In this document: in pieces, positions 29,187 to 44,710 of the stretch
Numbering within the stretch: position 1 is the stretch's first letter
Layout: every line of letters starts with the position of its first letter
Translations under genes and position numbers: made by a program
Notes under the pieces: model-generated
Told to the model about the DNA's origin: nothing
The model's input: only the letters and a program-made list of their open reading frames with translations
Databases searched by the model: none
From: Octopus vulgaris
Lineage: Eukaryota
Length of the DNA: 64,000 bases
Assembly: GCA_951406725.2 (NCBI GenBank)
Contig: OX597819.1
Span: forward strand, 127,038,001-127,102,000
Reading direction: 5' to 3'

Positions 29187-29547
29187 GAGGACAGAGATAG
29201 AAAATTACGCAGTTCCGCTTTGGGCACTTTCAAAAGTCATTGTTACCACCATTTACACTTATTGAGTTCAAGGAATAGTGACTACCCCACATTCTTATCC
29301 CAATTATTTGGAAGCTCAGAGAATACGTTGATAAAGTCTTCCTTTAGTTCAGTGGATTAAGAAACAGAAGGCTTTATCCAACTGTAAAATTCCAGATGTT
29401 TAAGCAACCAGAGATATCAATGCATTCATCATAAGAGCTTTGACCTTGATCGCTTCGAAACAACCGAAAATTCAAGGATTGGTGACTTATATCTAATGCA
29501 TGTCTCAAAGTAGCTTTACGTCCTACAATTTACAAATGGATTGAGTG

Positions 29548-32788
<3,241 letters not shown>

Positions 32789-33431
32789 ACATGCATAAAT
32801 TGTTATACATATAAAAACCACCGCATGCAGTAAAACACTCTCATATAGATAAATACATATGCATGGGCGTATGTACGTATGTATGTTCATTCATGAACTC
32901 ATCCATATACGCTGGGGATCAAGCTCATGTTACCTCCATGTTAACAATAGTCTGCGCATTCATATATTACGCCCGTTATATTCAAACAAGGATTGTCTCT
33001 CATACAGCCACCAACACAGCAATGCACTGAAATATTGAAATGATCATTTCAAGGCAAAATAACAGTACATTTGCTCATAAGAGCTATCATTCCAATAAAC
33101 CACTTTGCTCACATCTATGAATTTTCAGAGGGACAACTTCAACTTAACGCACCTGCAGTCATTCGCATAGTAAACATTATATAAATATTTAAGCACTTCT
33201 TATTCACGCATGATTGCGGTGTGAATTTCTTAGTCATGCCTGCGTTAACGTTGCAGGCATGGCTGAGTGATTAAGAAGTTCGCATTGCTTTCAAAGAGGA
33301 CCTGAGTTCAGTTTTAATGCGTGGAACCTTGGGTTAATAAATTTTATTATTACCTCGTGTCAACTCAAACTATGTGAGTAAAATTGTGTGAAGGAAAGTG
33401 TGAGTATGGAAATGTGGTTGGATTTACATAC

Positions 33432-33495
<64 letters not shown>

Positions 33496-35038
33496 TTGTG
33501 TTGTACGGATTCAATCTGAGAATTAAGCTGAGAGCATACGTGTTCGTGGAATACTCGGTCACTTACACTGAATGCTAATCGTGAATCCCGCTGGCCGATC
33601 TCTCAGCATTCAGCGGAGCAGTTTCTCCAACATAAAATACATATAGAACAGACTAATACCATTTTACATCTCTAACTCGATGAATATTTTGAAAATACAA
33701 GACGTAGTATTGATAGGAAATTCGTACTTTATCGAATCTCAGAGATTCATAGAGAGCACTGCTCCATTCTGATTTTTGGCGTGATTGATAAAGAGATATA
33801 TGTCTTCACTAAGATAGGATGGTAGACTCTATTTCTTGGGAAGGCCTAAGTGCTAAACTCGGAACCTAAAGATATAGTGCCATGCCACAAAGTCTCGTCT
33901 TAGAGATCCAGAGAGAAACAAGACATCAACGAGCTCATTGTCCTTACCACTACTGTTTTTATGTTAACATTATATAAAAACGCCAGGAGACAATGCCTCT
34001 TAGTTCTTTAAAAAGACCTCCTTTTTACATTCTAATCGAGCTACATCATTTCACAGTTATTCTATTCACACTCTCTTTCATAAGCCACACATTCAAAATA
34101 GAGTTACCCTGAAGACACTGGTTTAATAATGACATACAGCGCTTACCCACACTTGACTTTTTTCCATGTTTTCTTACTGTTTTATTTTATAGCATTTTAT
34201 TTCATCATAGCACACAATATTTTGCTGTCACTACACCAGAATAGTACAGCCAACGACTATTATTACGATTATATCACTGTCTGATCTCGATTTTCCCTGT
34301 CACCCAATAAAAATATTCACTCAGTATATTATCTCATGAGTTATATTATCACTATCAATCTGCCGCATCTTCTAGAGCCTGTGTTCCACAAAGGTTTTCA
34401 CCAAACACTAATCCTCTAACAACTAACAAGAAACAGTAGCCCCATTAACCACACCCAATATAAGCCTTGTGGTGTTAAAACGTGATGATGTCTCCTTATC
34501 ATTCGACAGACACACACATTCACATAGACACATAGACACACACATTCACATAGACACATAGACACACACACACATTCTCACAGATAGACACATATACGCA
34601 AGCAAACATACACTCACACATCTTCCACAAAACATTGAAATAACTGCTTTTGTATCAAGTTTTCTTTCCTTTTCCCTGCGTAGAGTTATTGTAGTCCTCC
34701 GATATGGATTACCAATTCGAAAGGTCTTAGTCGCTCCTATCACCTCCAGTAACTCAATTATAGAGATTCTCTGATCGAATAATAATGTTTTTATTTTTAC
34801 TTGCAGTTCTGTATCACACATACGCGCGCTCACTGGTGACTGTCGCACGCAAAACTCACCCTTGAGAAACTTTTGTAGCTTTCTGAAACTTAAAAGTAAT
34901 AAATAATAATTTAGTACATATAACCCTATATTAAATTCTCCCCCTTTTATATTACCAATCATAAATGTGTGTGTCTCTCTCCATACGTATAGATATGTGT
35001 GTGTAAACATACTTGCATACATAAATATATATACATAC

Positions 35039-35099
<61 letters not shown>

Positions 35100-35259
35100 A
35101 GTACATTTGCCACTTAAATGTGGCTAAGCCCTAAAGGTGGATGCTACTGTAGCTTGTAGCCCCAGGAGGACACTTCCTCCAGCTGGCTATTGACACACTT
35201 TCTGTGCCCTATCAGTATTTGCAAAGGGAAGCCATCCTTCCCGTCTTCAACCTATGATA

Positions 35260-35304
35260 CACACGGACTTCAGTTTCTGGGTATTGACCCGTCATCAGCG
35301 TGTG
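35260..35304 (-). ncRNA. Type I hammerhead ribozyme motif within a short element (~35097-35365) abutting (TA)n
   Basis: Minus strand: CACACG-CTGATGA-cGGGT caat ACCCa-GAAA-CT ga AG-TC-CGTGTG. It has a 6-bp stem I, a complete core and a GUC site. Confidence 0.8.
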
Positions 35305-35365
35305 ACAATCACCGGTTGTCGATGAAAAGTAGGTTCCTTTTGCAAATATATATCCTTTATGTGGC

Positions 35366-36205
35366 TTTTTAAATCAAACAATGTTCTGAAAAGATACCCA
35401 CGCAGATTGCACATCCAATTTGGACCACCAAGAGTTGCAGTTTGTGGATCTTAAAATGTCTCTTGAGACCTCCGTTGGATTTGCAAACCTTCTGGCATAC
35501 ACTGCTTTCAAAGGTGTGCACAGACATATAGGCAGAATGGTTGGTGGAGGTTTGTTTTCCATGCATTCCTAGATGAGATTTGAGGTCAGCAAAAGACAGG
35601 CATGCTATGTCACAGACTGTGCACACAAAATTATCATTGTCATTCACCTTCTGGATTGTTACATTCTTCCTTATATCTCTTTTGGGTCTTATTTGTTTTA
35701 TCCTGGCCTCTTCAAATGCTTTCCACTCTACACCTTTGTTCGCCATCCAACTCGAAGCAATGGTTTATATCTTCTGGAACCATTCCCAGTGACTTCATAG
35801 TAGTTCTTATGTCGTCCTTAAACCTTTTTTTAGGTTTACACCGATAGCATTTCCCCTCTTACAAGCTCACCATAAAACAGATGGTTCGGCATGTGTTCAT
35901 CTGCCATTCGAACAATATGGCCACACCATCTCATTTGGTTCCTCAAAATCATAGTTTTAATTGAGATGATACCTGCAGATGCAAGGACATCTGTATCTGG
36001 AGTAAAAGAACTCCATTTAATTTTTAAAATGCGATGAAGGCATTTTTAGTGGAATTGTTTCAATAATTTAAAATGGCTTTCCTAACAAGTCCAATTGTCA
36101 CAGGAATACAACAGGGATGGCAAGACAAATGATTTGTAAAGAGCAAGCTTTGTATCCTTATATGTCGCTGGCACCAAACACGTGACCCCAAGACACCAAA
36201 TACCT
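35366..36205 (-). mobile_element. 3' fragment of the same RTE family as 19590-23197
   Basis: KLALYKSFVLPSLLYS, CTVCDIACLSFADLKSHLGMH and VCQKVCKSNGGLKRHFKIH. Confidence 0.9.
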
Positions 36206-36224
36206 ATACACCAGTCACTAGTCC

Positions 36225-36920
36225 AGTACTAAAGAAAAGGAAAAATAGGAATAGGAAAATTATCTGGTTCACACCACCTTACTCCCTCGAAGTGACCTTT
36301 AATATAGGTAGATATTTCTTATCCCTTATAGATATGCATTTTCCAATCAATCATAATTATAGAAGCTCTTTAATAGGCACAACTTAAAAATTAGTTTTAG
36401 TTCTACTGCTAACATTAAAAATATAATTGCATACAACAAAGAAAACAACAAGATGAAGCCGGCTGTTCCTGCAGAGTTAAAAATTTGTGCCCGCTAAATG
36501 GAGCTTGTATGACCGAGGCCATCATTTATGAAGCCACCGTAGACTCTACAACAACTAAGGGCTTAGTTTCGTCAAAGAAATATGTGGGTCTCACACGGAA
36601 ATTTTAAAGCTAGGCTCAACAATCACACCTTAAGCTTCAGACACTGGGATGAAAGGAAAACAACCAAATTATCCAGTTATATATAGTTCTTAAAAGAAAA
36701 AAGGTGTCAACTATAAGATTCACTGGAAGATCTTGGCCAAGTGTAAGCCTTACACCAACGGCAGTGGAAAGTGCGGTCTTTGCGATATGGAAAGATGGCT
36801 TATCTGGAAAAGTTATTTAGAACTCGCTACATGTCCTAAATTCAAGAACTGAACTTTTTGGGTCATGTCGACATATGGCAAAACATTTGCTACGTTTTTG
36901 GTCTCCACAAGATCACAGAT
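36225..36920 (+). mobile_element. Penelope-like element (PLE) relic: linker, Cys motif and GIY-YIG endonuclease
   Basis: RKIIWFTPPYS..NIGRYFLSLIDMHFP; CSCRVKNLCPLNGAC..AIIYEA..KYVGLT; FKARLNNH..SF; CGLC..E; NSRTEL..CRH. Frameshifted. Confidence 0.88.
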
Positions 36921-37377
36921 AGAACCTTCTTTTGATATTATATAATGTCCATGTGCATAATCAAGAAGAGTCTCTACTGGCTATTTTGGAAGCCTTCTTT
37001 GAGCGGTCAAATGTCAATTTACTTGAAAAAAGAAACAATACAGTTATTAATTAGAAGGGATGAAATTGATGTATGCTAGGTTTCGCAGCTCTAGCGTAAA
37101 CTCTTTCATAGTCAGCCTATGAACTTTTCAGCCCACCCTCGTATATCCATGAACTTTAATTTTTTTTTTATATTTATGAACCTATTACAGAAAATTAAAC
37201 CAACTGGTATTATACTACCTTTAGTGTCTTTATATATTGTTTTACTTTATTTCATTTTATTCTATTTTTCTTTCTCTCTCATCTTCTTTCCTACCTATCT
37301 ATTAACGGCGTGACATCGTTATCTTATATGTATGTATGTACGTATATATGTATATATATATGTATATATGTATATAC

Positions 37378-37410
<33 letters not shown>

Positions 37411-37509
37411 TGTATGTATGTATGTATGTATGTATGTATGTATGTATGTATGTATGTAGGTATGTATGAATGTATGTATCTATCTGTCTATCTATCTATT
37501 TAACTATAT

Positions 37510-37812
37510 AATCAATAATAATAAAGGGTAAAATTAATTAGTAGTTAATAATTTTACCAAGCAGTGTTCAGTATGTTAAAATGACAATTTACGGTAAACT
37601 TAAACATTACTTTATATAATTAGGGTTCAGCCAAAAAAATTTGCTTTGCCACATACCGAACTTTTAGAAAAACAATTGTTTTTGAGTATACGTTGTCTGG
37701 GAGATTCTTCTTATAGTAGAAGAAATAGCTAAATTCTTTGGCTGCTATTTCTAAAAGTTCGGTATGTGGCAAAGCAATTTTTTTTTGCTGAACCCTAATT
37801 ATATAAAGCAAT
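37510..37812. mobile_element. Fold-back element: inverted arms 37606-37670 / 37748-37812
   Basis: tataattagggttcagc...ccacataccgaacttttagaaa and its reverse complement. Homologous to 16760-17112. Confidence 0.82.
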
Positions 37813-37818
37813 ATCTAA

Positions 37819-37899
<81 letters not shown>

Positions 37900-38551
37900 A
37901 CATAGCATAAACATCGTCTATTATTTGTTATAGGCATATATATATGAATGTAGAAATGATAGAACTTATAAGCTCAAACTCACAAACGATACACACACGC
38001 GCGCACACACACATGCACACACATATATGTATGTATAAAGAAGTATAGTATGGGATCGATTAGACATTACATAAACGACAAATCCGACCAAGTGACAAAC
38101 GCGTGGTTTATATTTCCTCTATGTATCTATTTCCGGCTTAACATTCCGGTTAACTCTACATAAATATGCTTGCTAGTATTCAATATTTCCCTCTGATGTT
38201 CCGCGAAAGTTCGCTTATGAAAGAAGAAAGAAGAAAAGAGGACCCATTTTGAGCAGACGTGTTACCTAATCGTTATTTCTTCCGTTTTCATATCTAAATG
38301 TTATAGCCGTATAGATAAAAAGCTTTTTCTGTTCACTGCAAATAATAATAATAAAAGTAAGAAAAAATATGAAGCATGGAAAATTGATAGGATGAATTGA
38401 GGAGAAGCCTGCGTTAAAAGAAGATTATTACTTAATGAGGTTAACCAGCGCAGAAGACGTCATTAATTGAAAACAAGAATCAAAAGGAATCGACAGAAGT
38501 GAAACTATTTCAATGATTAGTGGAATAATTGAGTTCTAAACAATCTTAGAC

Positions 38552-38614
<63 letters not shown>

Positions 38615-38617
<3 letters not shown>

Positions 38618-38932
38618 CAGTAAATAGTGGGGTTGTGCTAACTGCACGTAGAGAAATGATAGGAAAGGAAAAAAGTATAAGGCTGAATGCTAAATTGAAA
38701 GTAAATTTTTATAAAAATGGGTGTATATGTATTATTATTTTTTTGAAAGAAACATTATAAATTTCTATTTCTCTTTCCTCAATTTCAAAAAAAAATTCCC
38801 CTTCTAAATCTTGAAAATTTGTCTTGCCATGAAAACCGGTTTGATTTATTATTATTTTTTTTAATTCTTCACACACCCATTTGTATTAAAATTTACTTTC
38901 AATTTAGCATTATGCCTTATAACTTTTCCTTT

Positions 38933-38937
<5 letters not shown>
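38615..38937. mobile_element. Fold-back element between (TA)n tracts: imperfect arms 38659-38724 / 38873-38937
   Basis: ataggaaaggaaaa..tataaggc..aatgctaaattgaaagtaaatttt..aaatgggtgt and its reverse complement. Confidence 0.78.
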
Positions 38938-38980
<43 letters not shown>

Positions 38981-38982
<2 letters not shown>

Positions 38983-39185
38983 AAAATGTGACCGCGTGTG
39001 TACCGTTGGCGACTTTTTTATCCTATGTCTTCCCTTCTCTGGATCTTTCCTTCTCCTATGTTTCCGACGAAGAGCTCCGCTCGAAACGTTATACCCTCCT
39101 TATTTCCTTCTTTCCTGAGCATCCAATAATATAATATTTGTTCCACGTCCTCGCGTTGCTGTGTTTTTTGTGCTTTCTTGTTTGG

Positions 39186-39188
<3 letters not shown>
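38981..39188 (+). mobile_element. ~208-bp element between (TA)n tracts with a minimal HHR variant at 39060-39094
   Basis: gttt-CCGACGA-a-GAGC tcc GCTC-GAAA-CG-TT-atac. The downstream ttcctgagc is shared with the 56 kb trimer unit. Confidence 0.7.
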
Positions 39189-39225
<37 letters not shown>

Positions 39226-39232
<7 letters not shown>

Positions 39233-39371
39233 GGCATTATTACACATAAATGCCTCACGCTAAGAGGGACAAAGTCATTACTACCAAAATTATACTAATC
39301 ATACCAAAATTATACTAAAATTATACTAAAATTATAGCGTGAGGCATTTATGTGTAATAATGCCCTCTATA
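39226..39371. repeat. Perfect 37-bp inverted repeat (39226-39262 / 39335-39371) around short ataYYaaaatt-like repeats
   Basis: tatagagggcattattacacataaatgcctcacgcta / tagcgtgaggcatttatgtgtaataatgccctctata. Confidence 0.9.
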
Positions 39372-39505
39372 CAATATAGATATAATTAATTTGTTCAAAG
39401 GAAAAAATTATTTTCGAATTCTTTTCTTTTATGAGGTTTTCACGCTAACTACCCGATAATTTCTTGTTAAGATCCCTTATTAAGAGATTATCCTTAATTG
39501 TTAAA

Positions 39506-39575
<70 letters not shown>

Positions 39576-40117
39576 TACACGCACACATATGTAAAGAAAG
39601 TAATGGAGATACAAACTATGTCATAAAAATATAGTCATTGGATACTGATGTTTGCTTCAAAAATTCTCAAGAAGTTAGGATGCTGGATTCAACTGTATGG
39701 TTGCAAGGTCGATTTCCAGACTGAAACCCTTATTTTCAGTCACTAAATACCTCAGAGACTGGGATACAGATCCGGTTAATGTAAGTGTAGGCTTAAGATC
39801 GACTATATTATATATATGTGTGTGTGTGTCTGTGTGTGTGTGTGGATACAAATGATTGATAAAAAGAAAAGAGAAAAAAAATTGAAAAGGTTGCAAGACG
39901 CAACGAAAATTTTAGGACAATAAAAATAAGAAAAACGTGGAAATTTTACCGGTGAGTGTGTCACATAAGGCACAAAAAGAAAATTACTGTCCCCAGACAC
40001 AATAGAATATGCTTCAACACACGAACTCATATAAAGAATCTTGCAAACCAAATCCAAAAACCAAATAGAAAAAAAAAATGAATTTGGCATAAGCTGGATT
40101 ATGTCCAAATCATATTA

Positions 40118-41031
40118 CAGTAGAACCTCGCAGTACGAGTGCTTCATTGTCCGAGCAATTTGCTGTACGAACCGAGGCTTGTACGAATTTTTGTCTTGAA
40201 GTTTGAGTGGGAATCCGTAGTACGAGCGAGTTTCATACAAGCTAATCGTTGCTGAGCTTGCACACATTCTCCCAACAATTGTAGTCTCTGCCCACACAGT
40301 TCACGTGCTTATCTCGCTGTGGTAGCATTCCTGTTGTGTTTTTCCTAGTGTTTGTTTTTAGTTTTGTCAGGGTTTTTTTTGCTATTATTTTATAATAATT
40401 GTGTTAGCTATGGCTGCTAAGAAGGTTAGCACAAAAGTGTGCTGAGAAAAGGCTGATTACGATAGAACTCAAGAAGGAAATCATTGATAAATGCGAGAGA
40501 GAGAGGAGAACGTGTAGTGGACATACACACGTCAATACGACCGAAGCACGACGACTATCTGCATCGTTCTGAAGAATAAGGATGAGATCAATGCCGTTAC
40601 AACAGCAAAGGGCCGTTACAAGGCACATCTGTCCACGAAGAGATAGAAAAATTGCTTCTCCTGTAGATCAACGAGAAGCAACATTCAGGGGATACGATTA
40701 CGGAGACCATCATCAGCAATAAAGTACGAAAGCTGTACGGGGATCTCCTGAAGCCGAACCCTAGAACATCAGCAGACATATTTAAGGCCTGTTCGATTAT
40801 TTCAAGAAGAGGAGTGGTGTTCATAACGTCATCAGGTTTGGAGAAGCAGCAAGTTCTGACACGAACGCAGCTAGGGTTTCTTGCGTGAATTCCGCCGGCT
40901 CATCGCAGCCGAGGGGTACGTAGCATAACAGGTATTCAACTGTGATGAAACTGGCCTTTTTGGGAAAAATGCCTAGTAGAACCTACATAACTGCAGAGGA
41001 GAAGAAAATTTCAGGCCGCAAGTCTATGAAA
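40118..41031 (+). mobile_element. Tigger/pogo DNA transposon, 5' part, decayed
   Basis: TA followed by CAGTAGAACCTCG terminus; ITIELKKEII, IEKLLL, GEAASSD, QVFNCDETGLF and MPSRTYITAEEK. Confidence 0.9.
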
Positions 41032-41044
41032 GCATGGAGTATCG

Positions 41045-41850
41045 AGAAGTTTATGACATCCGACTTCTAAGTTTACCCCATGCAATTCAAGAACAAGATA
41101 TCCCCATCAAGTAATTAGATAACAAATGTAGGCTGTGCAAGATCAAAATTGAAGACATCAACCACATTATTGCCAACTGCGAGAGAATGTCTTCCAGATA
41201 TTATCTTACCATATGGCATGATGTGCTGGCCATCATGCCAAAGGGAACATTTGACAAGTCAGTCAGTCACCGGCTGACACTCGCTGACGATACATCGAAG
41301 AGGCCAGGGAACAGAAGAAAGAAGACAGGCACCCAACACAAGAGCTGAAGACACCTCCGAAAGGGGGGGGGGCGCCACGTCAAAACGGTAGAGGAGTAGG
41401 GGCCGAAACCGGACGTTGTTCCTCCTGATGATGTCTTGAGCTAACTGGATCCTATAAAGGACCTGCTGTGGTAGTAGACCACGAAACACGGTTGTAATTC
41501 CTCCTTACCATGTGGCATGATGCGCTGGCCAGAACAGTCTGGAAAGAGGATAGCAACATTAAAACACTTACAGACGAAGGGTCACATGGACATTGGTGGA
41601 ACTTGAAAATTAAAACACCTGCCAACACGACCTACCTAAAATTGTTGTGTGAGACCACAGGGAAAACATACGTTCCCTTGAGGAAATCAGCTGCAGTCTG
41701 GACACCAATGTGGTTAGAATAATACAAGAGGAAGAGGACATCTACGTATTATTGATAAAAATCCAGTACCCAAGATACATTTTCAGTTTCGTACCTATTA
41801 TTTTTGGGGTAGCAGGATATATACCAAACCGTCTGGAGCAAAGTATGGTA
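41045..41850 (+). mobile_element. R4/Dong-like retrotransposon C-terminus (CCHC knuckle plus RLE region), interrupted by an insert
   Basis: AIQEQDI..CRLCKIKIEDINHIIANC..HDALARTVW..WWNLKIKT..YPRYIFSFVPIIFGVAGYIP. Confidence 0.8.
41233..41503. mobile_element. ~270-bp GC-richer insertion flanked by a 28-bp direct duplication
   Basis: cttaccatatggcatgatgtgctggcca (41205-41232) versus cttaccatgtggcatgatgcgctggcca (41504-41531). Confidence 0.75.
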
Positions 41851-41959
41851 GAAACACTCACTCACACAGATACTACTATACATCCACATACACTTTCTCT
41901 ATCTGTTTCCATTTCCGGTCAGTTATTTTTCACTCATGTAACGACACACATACTTTTCT

Positions 41960-42145
41960 CAGACTATTCCTTTCCTTCTCTCTGGCTGTTCCATCTTTCT
42001 ACCTTTTGATAAAGGGCCATGCTCGAAATATCACATCCTCTCTTTTTTATGTCAGAGACTTTCTCTGAACGTCAATCTAATATGTTAACCGCGTTGTCCT
42101 CTTGGATTTTATTGTTCGTCCTGCTCTTATTTTTGATTTGACCAC
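41960..42145 (+). mobile_element. Degenerate relative of the 38981 HHR element
   Basis: ttgataa-a-GGGC cat GCTC-GAAA-ta-TC at ~42005-42031, followed by a pyrimidine-rich tail running into microsatellite. Confidence 0.45.
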
Positions 42146-42152
42146 ATATATA

Positions 42153-42272
<120 letters not shown>

Positions 42273-42418
42273 AAATAGAAAGATGAATTTTCTTGTAACA
42301 GATTATTCAAAGGTTTAACCGATACCTGGGTAGCAAAAATCACAGCGGAAAACAGCACGGTTGGAGATAAGACCATTTGGTGTTGCAACCGTGCGTTGGA
42401 GCGGATAATTGAAGTTTA

Positions 42419-42847
42419 ATATTATTAGTGAATGGAATAAATGGAGTTGAACGAAGATTGTACAGAATACCTTTTATTACATTCTACACATGTTTCGAAG
42501 GCCACAAATTTCCAAATTCTGTTTAAATAAGGGTACCATATTGCGGCTTTCTCTTCAGGAAAAAAACAGGAATTCCGTTGACAGGACAAAACAAAACAGA
42601 GGCACAGCAATTCGAACGAAGATGCTCCTTAGGAGCCCATGGCTGAACTGTTTATCAATGTCTGTGCCTCTGTTTTGTTTTGTCCTGTCAACGGAATTCC
42701 TGTTTTTTTCCTGAAGAGAAAGCCGCAATATGGTACCCTTATTTAAACAGAATTTGGAAATTTGTGGCCTTCGAAACATGTGTAGAATGTAATAAAAGGT
42801 ATTCTGTACAATCTTCGTTCAACTCCATTTATTCCATTCACTAATAA

Positions 42848-42850
<3 letters not shown>
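42419..42850. mobile_element. 189-bp perfect inverted repeat (42419-42607 / 42662-42850, 54-bp spacer), each arm carrying a type I HHR motif
   Basis: The arms are reverse complements. Plus-strand HHR at 42708-42787: TTC-CTGAAGA-gaaagccgcaa...ttgtggccttc-GAAA-CA tg TG-TA-GAA. Confidence 0.88.
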
Positions 42851-42885
<35 letters not shown>

Positions 42886-43093
42886 ACAATGTATGCGGCT
42901 GAAGAGAGCTTTAACCCGTCTTTTATATCTATTATACACTGATGTAAGAACAGGTTGTTTATAAAGCTTGAAACACGTATACCGCGACATCCTTTGTGTT
43001 CTGTTTTCGATTTTATTTGATATATACCCTCTCACCTCTGCCACTAGCTGGCCTATACAGGTGCTTACACTTATCAAGTATATATATATATAT

Positions 43094-43141
<48 letters not shown>

Positions 43142-44056
43142 GTATATGTATATATATATGCACATACTGACATACTTACACACGCACACGCATACATATG
43201 TATATACGTATCTATGTATGTAAACATGAAGTATTTGTGAGTTTAAAGGCAAACAAGTATGTGTCACCGCCACAGGATTAATCTCACGCCATATTGCTGT
43301 GTTAGGAACTGATGTAATATATTTAATAAAATAAAGAAGAAAATCAGTAAATTTCTCCAGAATTGTTTTTACTTATTTTATTCAATAACATTTTAGGGAT
43401 CAAACTATCGTAAAAATGACAAGACTCGCAAGATTAATTCCGTAACATTTTGTTGTGAATTTTCGAAAAAAAGTCACACCAAAAATTTATGGAGTATTAT
43501 TATAAATTTATAATGTAGGCATTAATTTTCAGAAATCTAAAACCATTCATATTTATATTTAATTATAATGTTTCTTTTATTGAAGAGGAAAAAATCCTAT
43601 AATCGCTTGGAATACAAGTTTTCATGCATTAATTTTTGTCGCTTGAATTTATTAAAATTTTGATTTTCCCCTCACAAACGTACACTGCACAGACGAGCCA
43701 ATGACGGTGTCTACGCAACAGTTTGGACTAGCTACGAGTAGCCACCAAAATCTCTTGTTTACACATTACTGTTTTGACGGTAGGAACATAGATTGATGTA
43801 TATAAAAATAATATGATAGTCATTATTGAAACGTTTTAGATCCTGTGTTAGTTGGATCTAAACTTACCACGATCTAAAAAAAAATTTAAAAAACACACAG
43901 AACAGCTGGCTAAGGAACGTTTGTATCGTATAAACATTACGCTGTATGAATCTTACTTCCACATTTGAGTCACGATTTGTGTTTTGTCGTTAAGCCGTAC
44001 AAAAGGCGAATTAGGCGGAGGACTATAATAATTATCTTGGTATAAATTGTTATATC

Positions 44057-44461
44057 TCTTTTACTTTTTTACTAGTTTCAGTCATTTGACTGCGGCCATG
44101 CTGGAGCGCCGCCTTTAGTCGAGCAAATCGACCCAGGACTTATTCATTGTAAGCCTGGTACTTATTCTATCGGTCTCTTTTGCCGAACCGCTAAGTTACG
44201 AGGACGTAAACACACCAGCATCGGTTGTCAAGCGATGTTGGGGGACAAACACAGATATACAAACACAAACACATATATATATACATATACATATATATGA
44301 CAGGCTTCTTTCAGTTTCCGTCTACCACATCCGTTCACAAGGCTTTGGTCGACCCGAGGCTATAGTAGAAGACACTTGCCCAAGGTGTCTCGCAGTGGGA
44401 CTGAACTCGGAACCATGTGGTTGGTAAGCAAGCTATTAGCGACACAGCCACTCCTGCGCCT
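44057..44461 (-). mobile_element. SINE family B
   Basis: Reverse complement of the 28757 type. Confidence 0.9.
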
Positions 44462-44710
44462 ATGATTGCAATCTTACAGAAAATTATCTGATTTCTACTG
44501 AAGACGTTAAGTTCATTTTGACGAAGCATGGTGCATGCTTCTCCCAATAATAAATTGACTCAACACATGAGAACATCACTTCGGGAGATATATAAATAAC
44601 CTCTACAACAGTCAGTATCTAGAAATAGCAGCCATATTTCCTTCAGGCTACACCCTACTATATTACAAAAATGATATATAAATAAAATAAAATAAAATAA
44701 AAAAGGAATA

